In this document: positions 50,101 to 59,907 of the stretch, piece by piece
Layout of the letters: each line of letters opens with the position of its first letter
How positions within the stretch are numbered: the first letter of the stretch is position 1
Assembly (NCBI GenBank): GCA_051294375.1
Contig: CM119266.1
Location: 17,354,087-17,418,086 of the forward strand
Origin: Paraspadella gotoi
Lineage: Eukaryota > Animalia > Chaetognatha
Reading direction: 5' to 3'
Length of the DNA: 64,000 bases
Made by a program: the position numbers and the translations under genes
Notes under the pieces: generated by a model
Database searches by the model: none
Told to the model about the DNA's origin: nothing
What the model saw: the letters and a program-made list of their open reading frames with translations, nothing else

Positions 50101-53046
50101 TTGCGCGTGAGGTATTTTAATCTCATTTGCATGTTCCAGTTTGAGTGAAAAAAGAATTTTTAAATACTATGGATGAAGTTATTTTAGAACCATTGCAAAA
50201 AATTGCCAGGGTTTCAATTCAGACTTAGCAAGGAAACGATAGTCGATGATATGAAGTAAACCAAGATCTAAATTAATGACAGAAAACGTGTATTTTCTCT
50301 TTCCGTGAAGAAACGACGCTCAGTTCCCACATCGAAACGGAAGTACATATAAAAGAAAATCGTCTCACCATTATTTGGGGACCTTTATCTCTGTGAACTC
50401 TGCAAACTCTGCAAAACTCGACTCTCAGATTCTCAGCAAACGAATTACGGATACAGTGAGCCGCCATTGGAAGTCAAGGGAAAAGCCAGATGGCGGTGGG
50501 TTTGCAAACCTGACCTCGAAAGAAAGAGAGCGAGTAAAACGCGCATTTCCTTTCTCCGGGAGCGCAACGTACCACACTCCAGACGATAACGCGTCCAGCG
50601 CTGCGCGCTTGTCCCCCCTTTTGATTTTTTTTTAATATTTATTACAACTTTGTTTAACCCCCTCTAGCAGCGACGGATCGGAAACACGCTAATCGAAGGG
50701 CACGGACCGTGTTAGGAACAAACCCAGTAGCGAGTGTGTGTAACTAGTAGTGTCAATGAGGGCTTTAATATATTATTATATTATTTATATTCTTTAAAAT
50801 ATTGTACCACTTCATTAAAACGGAGGCCTCGTGGTCTGGAATGAATAAACTACACTGTGAGAGATTCTTGATTGAAAGCTTGCAGGGTCATGCGAGGTTA
50901 TTATCTTGTAAGAGTGATGGAATTATCGAATAACAAGTGACGAGGTAGAACAGTGAAAAAAGTCAGAAAAGTCAGAAAATGTCAACTAAGAAATAAGATG
51001 ACCGAGAAATAGGACGCGAGGTCACAAAATTTTTCAGGCCAATTCAAAGTCAGGAGGCAAAATACATTCTTAGTTAATTCAATAAATAACATTTTTTTCA
51101 CTAATTTGATATACATCATATAATTTTTATCAGTGATTTTTTTTTTAAACTTCAGTTGCATATCGTCCTTTCTTATCCCTTCTTATCACGATCATGGACC
51201 GCTTTGTCTTTCCTTCACTCCATCATTGATTGATTGATTGATTGATTGCCTTCCAATTAGGTTTATGGACCGGTACTTCCACGCTCTCTCCATACCTCAC
51301 TCCATCTTGGAAATTCGAGTGGACTGTTCTCTTCTGAAACCGACGGCGAATCGATTGCGTCGGCAAATGTCGGCGAGTGCCGGGTCTCCGGGTAGCGGCG
51401 GTGGCGGCGGTGGCGGCGGAGACGGTGGAAGAATTTCAGTCGCATCCCAGGTGAAAAAAAAAAACAAATTAAAATTTCGAATTACGTTAATATCTTGCAT
51501 AATGATTATTTTTATCATTTTATTTATAGCTAATTATTGAGTTAAATCATTTAAAAATTATATTTCAATAAATGTTTGAACCGTTTGAAATCAGAGGCCT
51601 TGGCTGCGATAGGGTCGTAAAAAATCGGACCGTGTTATTTTGTTTTATTTAAAGTTTTCAATTTTCCTTGAAACACTCTTTGCTCCCTCAGGGCGGCGCC
51701 ACGAGTCGGCCTCCCTTCCGCTGCGGAACCCCGGGACAAAAGACAAACGACGGATTCAAGTTTCTTCGTCGGAAGGAATATAGTCGCGCATTAAAGAGAG
51801 AGACAGAGCTGGCTGAAATGCAAGGGGTCGTCCCCAAAGGTTTAGTTTAAATAGTATTAAATTATAGATCGATAATTAAATTTAATTTCATTTAAAATCA
51901 ATAACGACCTATTCGATAAACCAAAATATGACTGATCCGTCGGTCAATCAAACAATCAAACATATCGTTCAATTAATTAAGGAATCAATAGATTAATTAA
52001 ATATTTGAACAATCAATCTATACCAGTCATGCAAAAACAATGAACGCCAATCGGCTTTTCAATCAAATCAACCGCTATTTCAATAAATAAATCAATAACT
52101 AATCAATCATAACCTCATTCAAACACTCGGGTCAATTAACCAATCAATTAGTCACTCAATCAATCAATAAAATAAATCAACGAGACAACCTATCAATCAA
52201 TCAATCGGTAAATCCAGTAATTTATTCATCGAGCAACCAACCAATCAAACAATGAGTAAATGAATCAATTAATCAAACAATCGCCATCTCAATCAATCAA
52301 TCAATCGATCAATCCGACCCAGAATCGACCGGCGGGAGCATCTCGGACATCCTCGGAATCGAAGAAGATCGAATGATTCCGATCAACTCGAAATGCAGCG
52401 GGAAAATGTGGGCGAATCTCAGATACGCGACGGAGAAAAAGTGGGGAGAGGAGAGGAAGGTAAGGGTTTGATGGAGTGAGTTGATGGAGTGAGTTTATAG
52501 AATAAGTTTATCAACTCGTTCCATGAACTCACTCCATCAATTCACTCTGTGAACCCACTCCATCGTCACAATTCTTTGACTCATTGTGGCATGAGTTGAT
52601 TGAGGGAGTAGAGATGGAGTGAGTTGATGCAGTGATTTGATGGAGTGAGTTTATAAAGTGAGGTGAGTGAGTTAATAAAGTGAGTTGAACGAGTGAATTG
52701 ATGGAGTGAAATAAATTTATTTTATGGAGTGAGTTTATGGAGTGATAGAATAATGTATGTTGATGGAGTAAAAATGGAGTTACTTGATTTGATAGAGTGA
52801 TTTGACGGAGTGAGTAAAGATGGAGTGAGTTGATAAAATGATTGATGAAGTTATTTTTTTCTTTTTTCTTCCTCTCCCCCTCCCCCCGCGCCCCATCCGC
52901 AGCCCCAAGATTCTGCTCAACTCAAGGCCTTCGAACCGGTTCTCGCTTCTTCCTCCAGGATGTACTGTCGTCCTTGGGCCGGAGATCAAATCCCGACCAT
53001 CGAAGTCAGACCTAAACCTGATCATGTGGTTCCCTTCGTCGTTTGA
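22212..53046 (+). CDS. TPR-repeat protein, 12 exons, 502 aa, with a ~26-kb intron 8
   Basis: Exons 22212-22254, 22337-22417, 23328-23414, 23812-23936, 24038-24196, 24314-24412, 24611-24688, 25006-25223, 51261-51450, 51692-51839, 52323-52459, 52903-53046 are all GT-AG and phase-compatible. TPR-like motifs LHAHYGVALSHVGEYKKAAREFTKAVE and ALNDANRACMLDSKNPDVYCIRALVK. The exon 8-9 link is inferred from phase only. Confidence 0.7.
22560..23320. repeat. Long polypyrimidine/minisatellite tract filling TPR intron 2
   Basis: About 750 nt of almost pure C/T with recurring unit tctcctttccttcatcctacctctcccc. Confidence 0.85.
25890..48492 (-). CDS. Transglutaminase (hemocyte TG/annulin type); locus scrambled in this assembly
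   Basis: Minus exons 48492-48471 (putative), 43891-43625 (NRFLHRTKGY), 43075-42931 (RRGQVF), 42372-42189, 37190-37046 (FFNPWC), 36825-36659 (PWNFAQFE), 36363-36165 (VKWAQCWVF, catalytic Cys), then four exons on the plus strand, then the beta-barrel exons 27672-27446, 26710-26414, 26049-25890. Several exons carry indels. Confidence 0.9.
28358..28527 (+). pseudogene. Indel-containing duplicate of TG exon 33207-33377 (probable assembly duplicate)
   Basis: ~28095-28730 duplicates ~32945-33585 and abuts an N gap. Confidence 0.7.
28769..31050. repeat. ~2.3-kb inverted duplication of ~37450-39738 (same TG intron assembled twice)
   Basis: 28769 taatcccttagacgagaatctcg is the reverse complement of ~39716-39738. 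The copies differ largely by small indels. Confidence 0.85.
32085..33377 (+). CDS. Transglutaminase catalytic-core exons (His/Asp) lying in inverted orientation
   Basis: Exons 32085-32236 (SGHDTN...WNFHVWNEAW...DGWQ, with indels), 32318-32485 (AFDATPQE...CGPASV), 32841-32913 (IGKKISTK), 33207-33377 (AVGSDDRLDLTHLYKHPEGS). Phases match the flanking minus-strand exons. Confidence 0.88.
39731..41420 (-). pseudogene. Error-rich direct duplicate of 35798-37430 containing three TG exons
   Basis: Same sequence with many 1-nt indels, next to an N gap; looks like unpolished long-read sequence. Confidence 0.75.
41601..42065 (-). mobile_element. TRIM-like mini LTR retroelement with a tRNA-derived module in the LTR
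   Basis: TG...CA repeats at 42065-42006 (60 bp) and 41884-41601 (284 bp). PBS-like TGGTGAGCCC 1 nt after the first repeat; GGGGGCA before the second; 121-bp internal region. AAAT at 41597-41600 and 42066-42069. Confidence 0.65.
41760..41828 (-). promoter_or_regulatory. tRNA-derived Pol III type-2 promoter module (Met-like CAT loop) inside the LTR; not a functional tRNA
   Basis: GGTGGTTCATTGAGT (A-box-like), CTCATGA loop, GGGTTCAATCCC (B-box). The stems do not form a full cloverleaf. Confidence 0.65.
44254..44730. mobile_element. Two diverged copies of the tRNA-LTR family fused tail-to-tail; repeated inverted at ~46025-46500
   Basis: + copy: gtgacccggtggctcattgagt...gggttcaatccc...tttagcctacttagt. 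- copy: gtgacccggttggctaatttagtg...ttccaagcccagg...gctcgaggggt. Confidence 0.65.
46861..47123 (+). other. Inverted duplicate of TG exon 2 (cleanest copy); third copy at ~47665-47927
   Basis: Encodes MASRYEPYAIPARRRVRPSRLF...TKGYENPEDYPQ then GT. ~45640-46500 is the reverse complement of ~44250-45115; N gaps flank the block. Confidence 0.75.
52470..52840. repeat. GGAGTGAGTTGAT-type minisatellite with a short inverted block
   Basis: Recurring atggagtgagtt units; reverse-complement units at ~52525-52563. Confidence 0.8.
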
Positions 53047-53086
53047 TCGCTCTGGCTCAGTCGGGTTGGGTCAGGATGGGTCGGTT

Positions 53087-53149
<63 letters not shown>

Positions 53150-53985
53150 TCTCTCCTTCCTTTTTTTACACACATCTTAACAAAAAGCAGTTCCTATCAC
53201 AAATGTGCCTTTATACCTCAAAAATTCAAGCTCGCTATGATCTTTTGTCTACGGCAAAACAAACAATATTTTTAACGTTCGTTCAGCTTATTACGTAGAA
53301 CAAAATTGTGCTTTTTGTCTTTACTCAACGTTGTATCTCTGTTTCGCAAAATGTAACTCGTTACCTCTCAATAGTGAAATAACGTGATTAACATGACATT
53401 GATTTAATTTCTGGACACCGCTTAGTCAGAAATTTGTGAAAAGATTGTACTATTTTTCGAAATCATCCCATTTCTGTTTTTTAATCCCTATAATTATTTT
53501 GAACCTTATATTTAAACTTAATCTTTCATCAGGTTTTAATCCGATCCCTATCCCTTAATCCGAATCCTTTTTTTTAGCCTTAATGCTAAACCTTAAATCC
53601 ACTTAATTCCTAACACCTAAATTTAATTCTAAATTTAAGCTGAAATAGGGTAGTTTTGTAAATTATAGCTAACGTAACTTTCCTTGTTATAAAGTGTTTT
53701 AAACTTTTGAGACGATTAAACTGAGTTGGGAACTGGTTGGAAGGGTCCCTCAGCCAGACCCTGTGGCCCGGGCAGAGGCCTCAATGAAGATATGGGGTCT
53801 TATGTCAAAACCGATGCATGGAAACCGATCCTTAATTCCCTGGGAAGAAATGAGACTAGACATTGAAACAAGGGGGGGTGGAGGGATCTATCCCTGTTGT
53901 ATTGTCTGACTCTCACCTGTTCTCTCTCTCTCTCTATCTCTCTCTCTCTCTTCCTTAGCTCTCTTCTTTTACTCATTTCACTCTT

Positions 53986-54026
53986 ACCCTGAACGATGAT
54001 CTGTCAAATAAGATCGAAATATTGGT
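53986..54026 (+). ncRNA. Minimal hammerhead-like motif (second copy of the 9652 family)
   Basis: ACC-CUGAACGA-U-GAUCU(gucaaaua)AGAUC-GAAA-UA-UU-GGU, preceded by the same CT-rich leader as ~9600-9650. Confidence 0.55.
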
Positions 54027-54498
54027 TTGCACTTGATCCCAAATTCGACGTTTTCTTAACCATATAAAAATATATTTAAATCTCACGAATTCACTTTTTC
54101 TTTAGTTTTTGAGATTTTTTGCACGAAGACAAGTCATCGTTTTGTTCCAGAAGTTTCTTTCGTGAAAATCTTTCTGGTCGGAGAAGACGAGGAGTAAACT
54201 GTGTATTGTAAAAGTCGAGTAAGATTTTTAGCCATATTCTCCAAAAACGCCCCATTACTGCTTACTGCTTTAGAATCAAATTAATTTTATACTTAGTATA
54301 TGACAATAGAGGGTAAAATTGGGAATTAAGACAAGAATGAGTTCAAGTGAATAGAATAGGGGTTTGGTAAGCCATATAGGCTAAGGATTAAGATTCAGGG
54401 TGATGGAATAGATTTAAGGATTAGAAGTTGGTTTAGGGATCAGAGTTGGTGATTTGTTTAAAGTTTGGTGTTAAATATTATCTAATTTAGAGTTCAAA

Positions 54499-54771
54499 TT
54501 AAGTTAAGGGATTATGAAACAGAAAAGGGGTGCTTTCGGACCAAAGGGCTAGATTTTCTTCACTGTTCATTATCTTATCCACTTTCTTGGCCCGCCAAAA
54601 AGTAGGTTCTTTATTCGACGGTAATACGCCCACTGAATTCCGCCGCCGCCGCTTACGCCTCCCCTGCTGTCGCCGCCAGCAGCGGCTTTCCCCCTCCGTT
54701 CGATTTCGGCGCCATTCTTCGATGCAGAGCAGAGCCGCCGGCTCCGCAGTCGTCATGTCGAATTTGTTGAT

Positions 54772-54841
<70 letters not shown>

Positions 54842-55601
54842 AGCTTAAAGACTTGAAACCACGTGAACACCTGAACAGTCTCATTCAGAGAGATGTAGTA
54901 TGGACTGTCAAACACAGAGAGACAGACAGATCTGCAGATGGAAAGGCAGACAAGAGAGACAGACTGAAAGTCAAAAAGTAAAGCAGACAGACTGAGAGAA
55001 CAAAGAACAGACGGACGGACCTGAATGTGCGGCATCCTTGTCAACGCCTTTAAATCGCCGACGCCGAAGAGACAGACTTCGTTCCTTGCGACGCCTGACG
55101 CACAGGCAACGTCGAACGGGGCCGAGGCGTCATTAGCGGCGCTGTCATTGATAATCGGCGCCATTTTGGAAAAGTCGTTTTTCGGAATCCATTTGACAAA
55201 GATGACGGGGAAGAAAGTGGAGTGAAGGGCGTGGGCTAGGGGTGAGCCGCCAGGAGCACTAAGAGCCAAGAAAGGAGTTTAAATAAATTAAGTTTTTTCG
55301 CTTGGCTTGGTGACCACTGACCATCTGACAATGTTTACACATAAAAAAGTCACTATTTCGCATGTTGCCTTCCTCTTCCAACTTTTTCACCTCAGTCCAG
55401 CGTCGTAGTTCAGCGTCGCCCAAAAGAATTCGTCAGGGATTATTGTTTCTCGAAGCCACAACCGGAAGTCACGTGACCTAACGTCATTGAGCGCGAAATC
55501 AATGAAGGAGCGAGTGTAGGCGCCATATTGTGTTCCCTTTTGGAGGAAAGGGAGAGAGATGGAGAAAGAGTGGAAGAGAAAGATATAATGAGATAGAAGG
55601 A

Positions 55602-55693
<92 letters not shown>

Positions 55694-57906
55694 AAAAAAC
55701 AGAGATATAGAAAAAGGGTGAGAGAGAGAGAGGAATAGAGAAATAAGACATTTCTTTGCTCATTATAATTTCTTTGTTTTCCTCTTCCTCTCTTCCCTCC
55801 CATCCCTTCTTCTCTCTCTTCTCTCCTTTCTTTCTCCCTCTATTCTCTCCTCTCCTTTCTTTCCTCCCTCTCACCTTGACCAACCCAATTCCTCCAGGTG
55901 GTGGATCTTTTTTCATCTTCGTCCTCGACTCGATAAACTCTTTATCGTCGATTCCTTCCACGAGATTCCGTCCTTCGAAGAAATCCAAGATGGCGGCAAT
56001 CTGTAATATTGATAGGAAAGCCATGTACTCTGGGAGTGAATAAACGAGACTGTGAGCAAGTCTAGATCGAAAGCTTGTAGGGACCTGCTATGTCAATATC
56101 TTGTAAGAGTGATGGAGGCCTTAAACCACCAAAGTCAGGGGCAAGATAGTTTATTTATAGAATGATTGGATAATTTATATATTGGTTGTATCAATTTCAT
56201 TAATAAATAATATTTGAGATAAGAAAACTTTTCTCATCTCAAATTCTAAACTCACGATCACATTTGAATATATAATATATATTATGTATATACTCTCTTT
56301 TCGTTGTTTTTGAGGTATTAGGAGAAAAACAGTTTTGGTTTGACAACGATTTTTTGACATAATTAGCCAGACATGCTTCGGCTCAGTCAGTTAGAGCCTT
56401 CATCAGTGCTGACTGAGCCCAAACATGTCTGGCTAATTATGTCAAAAAATCGTTGTCAAACCAAAACTGTTTTTCTCCTAATAATATATATTTAAACAAG
56501 CCTAAAACTATTAACCAAAAGGCCGACCTCGTCGTTGGTCCGCAGCGGAAAAGCCGTCGCCGCCAAGTTAACCACGTGACTCCAAGATACGTCGAGGGCG
56601 AGGAGCATCTCACCGCAGGAGAGAAAAGCGTCGACGAGCGAAATGTCACCCCAAATCACGTGATGTCTAGTGAAGGGTGGGGGAACCCAGAGACAGGAAA
56701 AGAGAGGGAAAGAGGGGCAAAGAGGGGTGTGGGAGTTGAGCGAAATGAGTGAGAAAAGAAAAGAAAGGAAATGAGAGAGAGAGGGGGAGATAGGAAAAGG
56801 GAGAAAGGGGACAAGAAAAAAAAAATACAGTACGTAAAATAGAGAGAGAAACAGAATAACAGATAACTGACCTGTTCTCCACGAAGAAAACACCGTCCAG
56901 ACACGCCCCCACTCTTCTCAGCGCCCTCCACGTGGCGTCATCAACGCCGGCATCGACGTGAATGCACACTACATCATTCTTGCCACTGAGGGCGCGCAGG
57001 AGACGAAGGGTCTGTTCGAAATGACCGTGAGTCAGTACGGCGAAAGCGAGGGGCGATCTCTGAGGGGTGAGTATCATAGAGGAATTAAAGGGGTTGGTAT
57101 TTGCAGTGCGAGTCTTTGCATTGCTGGTATTTGCAGTGCGAGTCTTTGCAGGGCCAATCTTCGCGACGCTGGCGAGAGACGTGGCGCTCTCGCTCTGGAA
57201 TCCGAGAAGCGAATTGAGAGTAGAACATTTGAGGTTAAGGGGAAGTCGGTTGACGTCTTCCGGTAAAAGGAGATCGTATGTCTGGAGAGAGAATGAGGGA
57301 ATTTATTCCTTTAATTAAAAAATGGATTAATCAATACTTTTAGCCATGTTACATGTCAATTATTCTTTAATTATGTGAATATATAAAAAGTTTTAATGGC
57401 CGTTGAAATTGAATGTTATGGAGTTATTTTCAAAATTGTTAATTCATTCATAGCCAGTAATGCCTCGACCTTTAGTAGCAAAACGTTTTGCCAACAGATC
57501 CGAGCACTATGCGTTGGAATGCTGTGTTAACCCCCAAGGCCATTGGACATCTCCCATTACCTCAATTAAGTCTCCCGAATTCATGTTATACTTAATTTTT
57601 CAAAGATCCAAAGATAATTGCAGTTTCTATCGCCTACGATTCTATATTCAGTATTTCATTGTTTACCCATTTGCTTGCTTCATCCACGGCTTGGGCGTCG
57701 CCTCGGACAACGCCACCGCAGTCGAGGCCCAATTCGCTGGCAAACTTGAGCTCCACCTTACGCCACCAGCGCCACTGACGCCACGCGCGCCACACACGCC
57801 ACTCACGCCAAGCGCGTCGCGCCAATCGGAAGTCGATCGCGAAAAACGCCAACGCGAGGAGGAAGAGTAAGAGAAGGAGAAACAGGAATTTGCGTCGAAG
57901 GATCAT
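54499..57906 (-). CDS. Core-2/I-branching beta-1,6-GlcNAc transferase-like (GT14), 7 exons, 523 aa, type II membrane protein
   Basis: Exons 57906-57667, 57281-56872, 56666-56528, 56000-55875, 55536-55391, 55258-55021, 54771-54499 splice in phase. Motifs PLAFAVLTH, RLLRAL, CIHVDA, VIWG, FPLRTN, KGTQY, IPDEFFWATLN, CLFGVGDL, NKFD. Confidence 0.9.
56316..56483. mobile_element. Penelope-like inverted pseudo-LTR pair (75-bp arms) with a hammerhead motif
   Basis: Arms 56316-56390 and 56409-56483 are inverted with 2 mismatches. Minus strand reads CUGAUGA-A-GGCUC...GAGCC-GAAG-CAUG-UC. Confidence 0.7.
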
Positions 57907-58557
57907 AATTTAGAATTTATGTTTCATGATTTAGAATTAATGTTTTTTTTTAATTACGAGTGCATGGTTTACGATTTAGACCTTATTATTCGCGATTTGA
58001 AATTGGTTAATAACAATGTTTTTCACGCTTTAGAATTACCACTTTAGTCTTAATATTTATAAATGACGATTTGCTGGCTCAGTCAATGTTTTCGTCGTTT
58101 TCGTCGCAATAATACGATTAAATTTATCTTTTTATTTATATTTTATTGAGTTTCAGAATTGCCTTCTATTGCGAACTCTTTCGACATTTGCCTGAAAGAG
58201 CTTGTATCGCCCTGTTGGACTTTGTTCCCAAAGAGCGGACTTGAGGATATTTGATATGCCCAGCGATTTTTGTAGAAAAACAATAGGTTGATCGAATTGA
58301 TTAACCGAAAGATTTTGAAAAATGAAAAATATTAGTGTAGCGGAGTCACTTTTGATATTTTATATGTGAGAATGATTTTTGTCAATTTATTCGCATTTCT
58401 TTTTTATCAAATTTATATGTGAATTTCTAAATTGTGTTGTGTCGTGATCAATTTTCTTCTACCCAGTTCACAGACTCCCACTCAGAGTCACAGCCTTAGA
58501 TCCGACAGCTTTATGTGAGAATTAAATTTGTTATTTTTTTCTCAGAAGTTTAAGGAT

Positions 58558-58559
<2 letters not shown>

Positions 58560-58627
<68 letters not shown>

Positions 58628-58702
58628 CTCACAAGTTTGCAACGTGGAAGTCTTCCTCTTCCTCCTTAAAACTCTCTCATCTTGGATGTTTCTCTCTCTC
58701 TC

Positions 58703-58772
<70 letters not shown>
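58560..58772. repeat. Opposed (GA)n and (TC)n microsatellites between two divergent genes
   Basis: (GA)n at 58560-58622 and (TC)n at ~58690-58771. Confidence 0.9.
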
Positions 58773-58774
<2 letters not shown>

Positions 58775-59907
58775 CCTCTCCCTCGCTCGATCCAGTTCAA
58801 AATACGCCAACCAGCATACGATGAAACTGCGGAAAGAAAAAAATAAATAAATAAAAAAGGAAAGGAGGATTAAGTTCTAAATGGCATTAGTGATTATAAC
58901 AACAAAGCGTAACAGCAATTAAATAATTAAGCTTCAGTTGAGTTAAAATTCAGCAAAAACATCGCCGCATTTGCAAAAGCTGTTCTTTTGTCAAAATCGG
59001 AAAGAGTGTTTCGGATGAGCTCTCACGGCATTACGAGGAAAGACAAATTTACTAGACTATTAACTAGTCTTTGATACATGGGAGAAATTAAACTTGGTCA
59101 TAGAGTGAATTTCTAATTAATTCCAATTAGTTAGCAAATAATATGTATTCTTAAAGTGTCATCCCGTACTTTAAAGCCAAAAGTCATGCTTTTTTACAAT
59201 TAGTACTTATTTTAGTTTAATCAATACTAATAATAATTAATTTTTCGTTTCATATCTTCAACGAAATTCGGCGATAAGCTCTCCCACCTTTACGCACCTT
59301 TTTGTATAGCTCTCTCAGTGGTAAATCTTTCGTTATAACCGGTTTTTACCCGAAAATCAAAACTCGTTTCAACTGAAGAATTTGTTATGAATCAAAAATT
59401 GAAAAAATATCCACGCAGTTATGCACGATTTTTCTTAAAAATCTAAAAATATTTTAATGTATTAAATTAGTGTATAAAAGGATTTCTTTTTAGAAGATAT
59501 CAAATTTCAATTTTACATTTACCCTATACTAAACTACTTCTACTACTTTCACAAAATTAAAATCAACAAATACGACAACAATTAAACAATTAAACTAACA
59601 AAGAGAAAAACAAGTAAACAATCAAAAAAACAAATTAACAATTAAACAAATAAAGGCGTAAAGTAAAGTAAACGAATTTTTAAAAAACAGTTTATTAATG
59701 TGACACATTGAAGTGACCGAGGGTCGCCATGATGGAGACAGAATCGTGAAGAGGAATCTCGCTCGCCGGCATCGCCCACAACAATCACCCTGTAACAGCC
59801 ATGCCTCTCTGTGAGTGTAGATAGCCCCCACACTTAGTTTGCCCCGTGGGTCTGGGAGATTTTTCCGTCAGTTGCCTTGCTAAGAAAAAAATAAAAACAA
59901 AAAAACA

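Noticed and set aside
52470-52840. CRISPR-like array
   Set aside because: Eukaryotic intron with degenerate tandem units, no unique spacers and no cas genes.
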